Below, piece by piece: positions 56,496 through 64,000 of a stretch of DNA of 64,000 bases (its first letter is position 1; every line of letters begins with the position of its first letter). The position numbers and the translations under genes were made by a program. Below the pieces are notes generated by a model that ran no database searches, was not told the origin of the DNA, and was given only the letters and a program-made list of their open reading frames with translations. The DNA is from an uncultured delta proteobacterium (lineage in GTDB: Bacteria > Desulfobacterota > Binatia > UBA9968), in the NCBI GenBank assembly GCA_963727625.1, contig CAVSHR010000012.1, forward strand, positions 224,001 through 288,000. The letters run 5' to 3'.

Positions 56496-56990
56496 TCATT
56501 CAATTGTCACTTTGGCTTCCTCGATGATCACATCGTATGTGTATCCGGCGCCAAAGTCTTTATCGAGCATAACGGTTCCTTCGACCAAAACCGTGTCGCC
56601 CACTTTCGCCTTGGCCTGGGTGGTCACGGTGAGATCGTTGGCCGGGTCCTTGCCGGTGCCATCGCGCAGGTGAAGCCAGTTCTTGCCCATGATGGCCTCG
56701 TGATACTTGACGACTTTGCCGCGCAGCGTCACTCGTTTGCCCTTGAGCTTGACCTTTTCTTGATAAACTTCCCGCACCGTCTTGCCGCCCTTCGGCTTGA
56801 CGATCTTCGAGAAATCGAGCTTGGGCGCGGCGGGAGCGGTGCTGCCGTGCCCGTCGATCTTCGGATGGCCTTCGGGAAGTGGCGCGCTGGCCGCCCGGGC
56901 GGCGGCGTAATGATCCAACGCGATCGCACTCGAGCCTGAAATGCTGACCGCTAATAAGAGCCTTGCCGCTGTGTAAAAAGTTTTCCTCAC
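56496..56990 (-). CDS. exported OB-fold domain protein
   Basis: Signal peptide, LPEGHP motif, GKVVK..IMGKNWLHLRDG..DKDFGAGY; AGGAG RBS. Confidence 0.75.
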   Translation of the reverse strand: MRKTFYTAARLLLAVSISGSSAIALDHYAAARAASAPLPEGHPKIDGHGSTAPAAPKLDFSKIVKPKGGKTVREVYQEKVKLKGKRVTLRGKVVKYHEAIMGKNWLHLRDGTGKDPANDLTVTTQAKAKVGDTVLVEGTVMLDKDFGAGYTYDVIIEEAKVTIE

Positions 56991-57190
56991 TGTTTCTCCT
57001 TCGCTGAAACATTTCTGCCGGACTGAATGGCAATCATCGACGACGTTTCCACTCTGTTTACCGATATCATGAATCCAAAAAAATATTAATCAGCAGGCCA
57101 GGAGGCCAGGCGGATTGCTCACGCCGGCTCGATCCATCCAAGGCGCGAGCGCGGCGGCAAAATCGGCGTCATAAGCTAGGAGAGCGGCGG

Positions 57191-59242
57191 CTAGGAAAGC
57201 AGGCCGCGCGCCCAAACGAAGAGCGCTCCTGAAGGAAATGGAAGTTGGATGGCCCAACCGAACAGGCCATAGAAAAACACCCAGGAGAGCAGAGCGAGAG
57301 CGAGACTGGTTAGCCATTTCTCTCTCGCCGCAACCTTGAGGTAGAGAAAAGTCAGTACCGGAGCGGCATCGATAAATCCCAAGAGCCAAATGGCGGCAAA
57401 AAATCCCGTGAGCCAACCCACCATTGAAAGCGTTCGGCGCTGAGCTGGCCTGAGGTCCTCCATGGGCTTAACTTTGGCCTCAACCGGAACCGGGCGGCGT
57501 ATCACCGGTCGAATCTCCGCGGCCAGGACGATCAGCGCGAGCGCCAAACCGGGGATTCCCACGACGCGTGGAAAAAGCGCCGCCGAAGGGAAATCTGCGC
57601 CATAGCCAAAATAGGCTTGATAAACTAGGTAGCCAAAGATCAAGGCGAAAAAGAAAGCAAAGAGTGCCCGGTAAATTGGACTTCGGATCACCACCTGCAG
57701 CTCAACATCAGAAGGCGCACGTTCCCCTTTGTGGGGCCGGTGCGCCTCGATGACCGAATAAACCAGCACTCCAACCATCAGCAGAAAAATAATAATCACG
57801 CCGGGGTGGGTCAGCCACTTATATCCATAGGTGGAGGTAGCGATAAAGAAATTGCTTTCGGCGATATCCCCCAAAACTAGACCCAGGACCATCGGCGGGC
57901 GCGGCCAATCGAATTGAACCATGAACCAGCCGATCACCCCAAAAATAAAAACCAGGAACAGATCTCCGAAGCTGTTTTTCACGGCAAAGCCACCGATGTA
58001 AATCAATAAAAGGACAAAGGGGATTAGGAACGTGCCTTTGACGTGGGTGATATTCGCCAGCTGCTTCAGAAAAAGAAATGAGGCGGCGACGGTTATAAGA
58101 TTGGAAACGACGACGACCCATACGAGAGAAAAGGTCAGCGTTAGATACTTGGCCGGATCGAGCATATCCGGGCCCGGGACGATACCCTGCATGATGAAAG
58201 CGCCGAGCAGAATTGCCATCGAGACGCTTCCCGGAACGCCGAACGCAACTGTGGGGATCAAAGCTCCGCCCTCTTTTGCGTTAGTGGCGGCGCAAGGACC
58301 AATCACTCCTTCGATAGCGCCTTTGCCAAACCGTTCCTGATCCGGCGAGCTTTGGACCGCGTGGGCGTAGGCCAGCCATTGCGCCACCGACCCTCCCAAT
58401 CCCGGCAGCGCGCCGATGTAGCTGCCGAGAATGCTGCAGCGCAACACCAAACCCCAGTGGCGAAAGACATCCTTGACGCCCTCCATGACTCCGCCCAGCT
58501 TGCCGATCCGCTCCCGCGCAATGCTTGATCCTTGAACTCCTAGGTCGATAATTTCCGGGATCGCAAAGAGACCGATGGTGACCACGACCAGGGAAATGCC
58601 GTCCCATAAGAAAAGCGAAACGTCTTCGCCGAGAAAGCGCTCCAGGGTATATCGTTGAATCGAGTTGATGGGGTCGAGCCCTACCATGGCAAGGGCTAAA
58701 CCCAGGGCTCCGCTGCTCAGCCCTTTCAGGAGATTACGTCCACTGAGCGATACGATGAAGACAATCCCGAGGATCGCGAGCATGAAGAATTCGGCGGAGC
58801 CAATTGAAAGAACGATGGGGCGCACGATGGGAATCGCGAGTGCGAGCACAAAGGCGCCGAAAATCGCGCCGATGAGTGAACTCACCAAAGAGGCGCCCAA
58901 GGCGCGCCCTGCCTCGCCTTTCTTTGACAGCGGATGGCCGTCGACGATGACGGCCGCCGTCGTCCCTTCACCCGGGACACCGAACAGTATCGAAGTAATG
59001 TCGCCTGCAGTCGCTGTAACCGAGGCCATTCCCAAGAGAAAGGCAAATGCCTGCGTGGGATCCATGTCATAGATGAAAGGGAGCATCAGCGCCAGGGTGG
59101 CGGCCCCTCCGATGCCGGGAAGGATGCCCACCCAGAAGCCGACGAAGATGCCTATCAGCATGAACAGGAAGGCCTGCTGCCCATGAGCGCTGAACGGCAG
59201 GATCGCGATCAGTCCATGGTAGAAGGCCTCGAGGTATGCCAC
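57191..59242 (-). CDS. tctA: tripartite tricarboxylate transporter TctA fused to a TctB-like C-terminus
   Basis: GILPGIGG, GVPGE..DGHPL, IPTVAFGVPG; extra C-terminal TMs with FPRVVG. Confidence 0.88.
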   Translation of the reverse strand: MAYLEAFYHGLIAILPFSAHGQQAFLFMLIGIFVGFWVGILPGIGGAATLALMLPFIYDMDPTQAFAFLLGMASVTATAGDITSILFGVPGEGTTAAVIVDGHPLSKKGEAGRALGASLVSSLIGAIFGAFVLALAIPIVRPIVLSIGSAEFFMLAILGIVFIVSLSGRNLLKGLSSGALGLALAMVGLDPINSIQRYTLERFLGEDVSLFLWDGISLVVVTIGLFAIPEIIDLGVQGSSIARERIGKLGGVMEGVKDVFRHWGLVLRCSILGSYIGALPGLGGSVAQWLAYAHAVQSSPDQERFGKGAIEGVIGPCAATNAKEGGALIPTVAFGVPGSVSMAILLGAFIMQGIVPGPDMLDPAKYLTLTFSLVWVVVVSNLITVAASFLFLKQLANITHVKGTFLIPFVLLLIYIGGFAVKNSFGDLFLVFIFGVIGWFMVQFDWPRPPMVLGLVLGDIAESNFFIATSTYGYKWLTHPGVIIIFLLMVGVLVYSVIEAHRPHKGERAPSDVELQVVIRSPIYRALFAFFFALIFGYLVYQAYFGYGADFPSAALFPRVVGIPGLALALIVLAAEIRPVIRRPVPVEAKVKPMEDLRPAQRRTLSMVGWLTGFFAAIWLLGFIDAAPVLTFLYLKVAAREKWLTSLALALLSWVFFYGLFGWAIQLPFPSGALFVWARGLLS

Positions 59243-59243
59243 G

Positions 59244-60305
59244 TCAAACCTGCTTTTTGCCTCGCCCGATCAGCTTCTCCAGCAGCTCTATGGCCTTGTG
59301 TGACGTGGAAAGCGTCTCGTTGACCAATTGTTCGATTTCCTCGCCGGAAACGGAGGCTACGATAAGATTCGATTTTTTCGCATCGGCCTTGAATGCCGGG
59401 TCTTCGAGTGTTTCCTTCACCGCAGTCCGGAGAATCTCAAGTCGCGCTTTGGGCGTTCCCGGAGGCAGGGACAGTGGTTGAAAATATTTGTATGCGTTGA
59501 GCCACGCCTTGAAGGCCTGCAAATTGTCCTCGCCCTTGATGACCTCCGTGAATTGAGAAAGATCTTTAACTTGCGGCGCATCCCATTTTCCCTCGATGGC
59601 AAACGGAATCAGCCTGTCCCCGTCCTTGGCATTCAACATAGCGCTCGCTGTCGTCCTCATGGATTCCCAAGTCCAGCAGGCGCCATCCAGCTCTTTTCGC
59701 TGCATGCCGATGCGAATTCTCGAGGTCCCTTTATAACCGCGAATCACCTTGAAAGGCGCATGCATCAGGCCGATCATGAGCCTCGGCAAATCGTCTGTGG
59801 TCGATCCCGCGCCCGTGGAGCCCATTCTTAGCTGTTTCTTCGAGTGGAGCACGTCTTCCAAGTTCTTGTCACCCGTGAACGCCATGATCGCGCAAATCGG
59901 TGACCCGGTCCTGATCGAAGCGATCCATTCGAACTTGCGGGCGTCGAACTGAATCCCCTTGAGGCCCAACGCCTGCTCGGTAACTAGCCCGCCGCCGAAA
60001 GAGCCGATCGTGAGTCCGTCCGGATCGGCCTTTTTATAGAGGTAATTCGCCGCGATCAGACTTCCGGCACCGGTCATATTCTGCACGATGACATTGGGAT
60101 TCCCGGGAATGTGTTTACCCAGGTGGCGCGCCAGCGTTCGAGCGTAGGTGTCGTATCCTCCTCCAGCAGCGTAGCCGACGACGATACTGATGGTTTTGCC
60201 CTGGTAAAAATCTGCTGCGCTCGATCGACCCGGGCAACCGGCCAAGAGAAGAACCGTAACGAGCGCCATCACTGATTGTAGAGGTAAGCGAATTTTCTCC
60301 CTCAT
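59244..60305 (-). CDS. tctC: Bug/TctC-family substrate-binding protein
   Basis: DFYQGKTISIVVGYAAGGGYD, NMTGAGS, PDGLTIG, PPGTP; AGGAGG RBS. Confidence 0.9.
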   Translation of the reverse strand: MREKIRLPLQSVMALVTVLLLAGCPGRSSAADFYQGKTISIVVGYAAGGGYDTYARTLARHLGKHIPGNPNVIVQNMTGAGSLIAANYLYKKADPDGLTIGSFGGGLVTEQALGLKGIQFDARKFEWIASIRTGSPICAIMAFTGDKNLEDVLHSKKQLRMGSTGAGSTTDDLPRLMIGLMHAPFKVIRGYKGTSRIRIGMQRKELDGACWTWESMRTTASAMLNAKDGDRLIPFAIEGKWDAPQVKDLSQFTEVIKGEDNLQAFKAWLNAYKYFQPLSLPPGTPKARLEILRTAVKETLEDPAFKADAKKSNLIVASVSGEEIEQLVNETLSTSHKAIELLEKLIGRGKKQV

Positions 60306-60478
60306 AAAACCGTCCTCCTTCCTTATCCGTTCTTTACCGATTTTGGTTCGCATGGCTCGCGGGACTCAGATCGGCACCCCACTGCGCGATCAGGCTGACT
60401 CGCGCGCATCGGATTCCAGTTAAACTTTCCCGGTAGTGATCGAGCCCGACAGCTCCGCCTCACACACTTTATGTTTGA

Positions 60479-60493
60479 GCAAGACTAATGCCA
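60479..60493 (-). promoter_or_regulatory. sigma54 promoter candidate upstream of tctC
   Basis: TGGCAT-TAGTC-TTGC. Confidence 0.55.
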
Positions 60494-60733
60494 CGGTGAG
60501 AACTATGGAAGTGGTCGCATTCGATCGAAACCAGGCTCGACCGATTCGTTGACTGTGGCAAATCTGTGGGTCCATGTGGAATTCTGTCTCACTTGTTTAT
60601 TCTCTCGATCTCCTAGCTGGCGGCAGCTCCGGCATTCTTCGCATCGCTGTTCGGAGCCTGGAATTTTGTCCGGCAGAAGCTATGCTATGAGAAAACCCTT
60701 AATGAACCGAGATCACTCTCGCGAAAGAAACTC

Positions 60734-61417
60734 ATGCACATCCTGGTTGTCGAAGACGAGAAGAAAGTCGCCAGTTTCATCAAGCGCGGGCTTGAGGCGG
60801 CCAACTATTCTGTCGATGTGGAGCACGACGGCAAGGCGGGACTGAATCGGCTTATGGAAGGCGGATTCGATCTGGTCATTCTCGATGTCATGCTTCCAAC
60901 GCTCGATGGTCTTAGCGTCATGAAGCAAATTCGCCAGGAGCGGGTCAGCGTGCCGATTCTTTTGCTCACCGCACGGGTCACCGTAGCGGACCGAGTCAGC
61001 GGTTTAGATCTAGGCGCGGATGACTATCTCACCAAGCCGTTTGCCTTTGAAGAATTGCTGGCACGCGTGCGCGCTTTACTCCGGCGCGGCGGCCCGGCGG
61101 CGCCGCCGGTATTGACCGTGGCGGATTTGCGCCTCGACCTGGTGACCCACGAGGTAAGCCGCGGCAATCGGCGCATCGAGCTGACGCCCAAGGAGTTCGC
61201 CCTGCTCGAGTTTCTCCTCCGCAGGCAAGAACAGATCCTGAGCCGCGCGGTGATTGCCCAGCACGTGTGGGGAGTCGACTACGATACCTTTACGAACGTG
61301 ATCGATGTCTACGTTAATTACCTGAGGAAAAAAATCGACGATGACTTCGATGTAAAGTTGATCCACACGGTGCGCGGCGTCGGCTACGTTTTGAAGGAAG
61401 AGCCGCCAGCGTTATGA
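60734..61417 (+). CDS. OmpR-family response regulator (CusR/CzcR-like)
   Basis: ILVVEDE, LDVMLP, GADDYLTKPF, NVIDVYVNYLRKK, TVRGVGY. Confidence 0.95.
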   Translation: MHILVVEDEKKVASFIKRGLEAANYSVDVEHDGKAGLNRLMEGGFDLVILDVMLPTLDGLSVMKQIRQERVSVPILLLTARVTVADRVSGLDLGADDYLTKPFAFEELLARVRALLRRGGPAAPPVLTVADLRLDLVTHEVSRGNRRIELTPKEFALLEFLLRRQEQILSRAVIAQHVWGVDYDTFTNVIDVYVNYLRKKIDDDFDVKLIHTVRGVGYVLKEEPPAL

Positions 61418-62847
61418 GCTTGCGTCCGACGACCCTGCGGGGTCGATTGACACTTTGGTACACCGGCGTCCTAACCGTGATGCTCGTCCTGGCGGGGGCA
61501 TCATCTACCATCCTGCTGGATCACGGCCTGCGAAATACCGTGGATGACTCGCTGAATTCTTTGGCGCATGCCATCGCCGATTCGGTTCGCCAGACCTCCT
61601 TGCCGTCGCCTGATATCGAAGATTCGCTCCAGTCGCTGCTGGGGCCCCGACTGGCCGAGCGGTTTTTCCAATTGCTCGATCCGTTTGGCCAGGTTGATCC
61701 TCGTCTCGTTCCTCCGAAGCGAGCGCGACTACCCTTGAGCGCGGCAGCGCGGCGTAACGCGGAAAGAGGTCAAGCGACTTTTGAAACGATCACCTTCCCG
61801 GCGGGAACCAACAAGGTGTTTCGGCTGCTCACGATGCCGGTCATTAGAAACGGCGCGACGGCTAATATTGTTCAAGTCGCCATGTCCTTGGAAACCGTCG
61901 AAGGCGCGCGTTCCAGTTTCGTTTTCATCCTTCTCGCTCTTTCCCCTTTGGTTTTGGCCGCCGGGGCGCTTGGCGGCTGGTTTCTCGCCCGGCGAGCATT
62001 GGCGCCGGTCGACGCAATCGTCGAGGCGGCGCGAAAGATTGAAGCCGAGCAACTTAGCAAGCGCATCCCTGCTTTGTCGCAGGACGCTGAATTGGGCCGG
62101 CTGATCGCTGTGCTGAATGATATGCTCGAGCGGATCGAAGCTGCTTTTGCGGCGGTTCGGCGTTTCAGCGCCGACGCCGCCCATGAATTGCGGACCCCGC
62201 TAACGATTCTCAAGGGAGAAATCGAGGTCGCGCTCGGTTCGTCACTCTCCTCTGAAGCGGCTCGGCGGACGTTGCTAAGCTGCTTGGAAGAAGTGGACCG
62301 GCTGAATTCGTTGGTGGCAGACTTGCTATTGATGGCGCGGATTGAAAGCAATGCGTTACCCATAAATCCGCGGCCGGTCAACCTGGCCGAGACGATGGAG
62401 GATGTAGCGCCTGCATTGATGGAACTGGCAGCGCGAGCCGGAAACCGCTGTAAGGTCAATGCGCCTTCACCATGTTGGGTGCTGGGTTCTGAGTCGCTGC
62501 TTTTTCGGCTGGTATTTAACTTGGCCGAAAACGCGATCAAATATACTCCAGCACAAGGATTAATCGAAGTTACCTTGCGCCAAGATGACGGCGCCGCCGT
62601 CTGGGAAGTCAAGGATACCGGTCCTGGAATAGCGCCGGAGGTGCAGAAGCGTCTTTTCGAGCGCTTTTATCGCGGCGATCCGGCCAGAGAGGGCAACGGC
62701 ACCGGGCTGGGATTGGCACTGGTTCGCTCTATCGTTCAACTGCACCATGGCAAGATTGAAGTCTCCAGTGCCGCGGGCGAGGGCAGTTCCTTCCGCGTAC
62801 TATTGCCGCTAGTCCCGCCACCCGCTTCCCCGCCCAGCGAAGATTAA
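61414..62847 (+). CDS. HAMP-containing sensor histidine kinase (CusS-like)
   Basis: Two TMs, AAHELRTPL, NLAENAIKY, DTGPGI, GTGLGL. Confidence 0.95.
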   Translation: MSLRPTTLRGRLTLWYTGVLTVMLVLAGASSTILLDHGLRNTVDDSLNSLAHAIADSVRQTSLPSPDIEDSLQSLLGPRLAERFFQLLDPFGQVDPRLVPPKRARLPLSAAARRNAERGQATFETITFPAGTNKVFRLLTMPVIRNGATANIVQVAMSLETVEGARSSFVFILLALSPLVLAAGALGGWFLARRALAPVDAIVEAARKIEAEQLSKRIPALSQDAELGRLIAVLNDMLERIEAAFAAVRRFSADAAHELRTPLTILKGEIEVALGSSLSSEAARRTLLSCLEEVDRLNSLVADLLLMARIESNALPINPRPVNLAETMEDVAPALMELAARAGNRCKVNAPSPCWVLGSESLLFRLVFNLAENAIKYTPAQGLIEVTLRQDDGAAVWEVKDTGPGIAPEVQKRLFERFYRGDPAREGNGTGLGLALVRSIVQLHHGKIEVSSAAGEGSSFRVLLPLVPPPASPPSED

Positions 62848-62850
62848 AAA

Positions 62851-62896
62851 ATTTTAATCCGCCTCTCATTCTCCTCTCATCGTCCGCGTTTATAAT
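62851..62896 (+). promoter_or_regulatory. OmpR-type direct-repeat box plus -10 element upstream of degP
   Basis: cctctcat at 62862 and 62873 (11-bp period), TATAAT at 62891-62896. Confidence 0.6.
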
Positions 62897-62970
62897 TCCA
62901 GTATCGAGAGTTAAGGTCTTTGTATGGAAACAATCAACGTGGACGCGTTCCACAAAAAGGAGAAGTAGAA

Positions 62971-64000
62971 ATGAAATCGAAACAAGCAATTGTTGCCACA
63001 ACGGCGCTGGCATTCGCCCTGGCGGGAGGGGGTTTCGCCGTCGGTCGAGAAACCCAGAAAGCGGTAACACCGGCCAATCCAAACGGAAACCATCTGCCGG
63101 CGGTTTCTGGATCTCAGAACGGCTCTTTCCCTTCCTTCGCTGATTTAGCCGCCCGGGTTTCCCCCGCGGTGGTTAACGTCAAAGTGACCTCGGTCGAGAA
63201 AACCGCTTTCTCCGACCAGCTTTCCGGCGGAGACTTCCCATTTCCCGGATTCCAAATTCCTGTTCCCCAGCAGCCCCAAGAATTCAGAAGGCAGGGAACG
63301 GGCTCGGGATTTATCATCAGCAAAGACGGACTGATTTTGACCAACTACCACGTCATTGATAACGCCCAGGCGATCACGGTGACGCTGAGTGACAAAGGGC
63401 AGTACAAGGCCAGGGTCGTCGGACGCGACCCGAAGACCGATCTCGCGGTCTTGAAGATCGAAGCGAAAGAATCTTTGCCCACCGTTGCGCTCGGCGACTC
63501 GGGCGCGCTCCGAGTCGGAGACTGGGTCATGGCAATTGGCAACCCATTTGGTCTCACCAACACCGTGACCACGGGGATCGTCAGCGCTAAGGGAAGGACG
63601 ATTGGCGCCGGCCCCTACGACAATTTCATTCAAACCGACGCGCCGATCAATCCGGGTAATTCCGGTGGGCCGCTTTTTAACATGGCCGGCGATGTCGTCG
63701 GCATCAATACGGCCATCTTCAGCCAAAGCGGCGGCAATGTGGGAATCGGCTTTGCCATTCCGGTGAACTTGGTCAAGAGCCTGCTGCCGCAACTGGAAAC
63801 CAAGGGGACCGTCACGCGCGGTTGGCTGGGCGTATCGATTCAACCGGTGACCCCCGAACTGGCTCGCTCATTTGGCCTCAAACAAGCGCAAGGCGCGCTA
63901 GTCGGAGACGTGACGGCTGAAGGCCCGGCGCAGAAGGCCGGAATCAAGCGCGGCGATGTGATCGTCAGCTACGACGGGAAAAAAGTTGACAGCGCCGCAA
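62971..64000 (+). CDS. degP: DegP/HtrA (Do-family) serine protease, runs off the window end; missing from the ORF track
   Basis: AAGGAG RBS; MKSKQAIV signal, [47 protein letters not shown]. Confidence 0.92.
   Translation, partial: MKSKQAIVATTALAFALAGGGFAVGRETQKAVTPANPNGNHLPAVSGSQNGSFPSFADLAARVSPAVVNVKVTSVEKTAFSDQLSGGDFPFPGFQIPVPQQPQEFRRQGTGSGFIISKDGLILTNYHVIDNAQAITVTLSDKGQYKARVVGRDPKTDLAVLKIEAKESLPTVALGDSGALRVGDWVMAIGNPFGLTNTVTTGIVSAKGRTIGAGPYDNFIQTDAPINPGNSGGPLFNMAGDVVGINTAIFSQSGGNVGIGFAIPVNLVKSLLPQLETKGTVTRGWLGVSIQPVTPELARSFGLKQAQGALVGDVTAEGPAQKAGIKRGDVIVSYDGKKVDSAA

Overview
This is GC-rich bacterial DNA. The gene repertoire (TctA-TctB fusion with Bug/TctC, many sigma54 motifs, 'cgcaaagacgcaaag' REP-like element) suggests a Deltaproteobacteria/Binatia-type genome, which is an inference. 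There are three parts. (1) 0.6-34.3 kb is a stress/low-oxygen/ion-homeostasis region: RpoD-like sigma, OsmC, CoA-binding-CBS fusion, glgP-tolC-MFP-RND-[55-aa ORF]-P-type ATPase-Na/Ca antiporter, COG2403 NTPase with a P-type ATPase, an NO/iron block (qNor, three hemerythrin-like genes, MenA-like, FeoAB plus a Cys-rich ORF), cupredoxin-like pair, USP, CBS, L,D-transpeptidase/YcbK. (2) 34.4-49.6 kb is a frameshift-rich type I R-M locus with OLD-UvrD (Gabija-like), Fic, YhcG and a PIN TA pair between hsdS and hsdR. (3) 49.6-64 kb holds the M50-CBS/LOG/beta-CASP/H+-ATPase operon, a TTT transporter, an OmpR-type two-component system and degP. Top observations: an unannotated candidate small membrane selenoprotein (in-frame UGA, SECIS-like hairpin, UxxxC motif, translational coupling to the ATPase), and repeated hsdR-5'/hsdS-3' stubs bracketing defence cargo genes, suggesting cassette-like accretion inside the R-M operon. 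No rRNA, tRNA, CRISPR array or integrase was seen.
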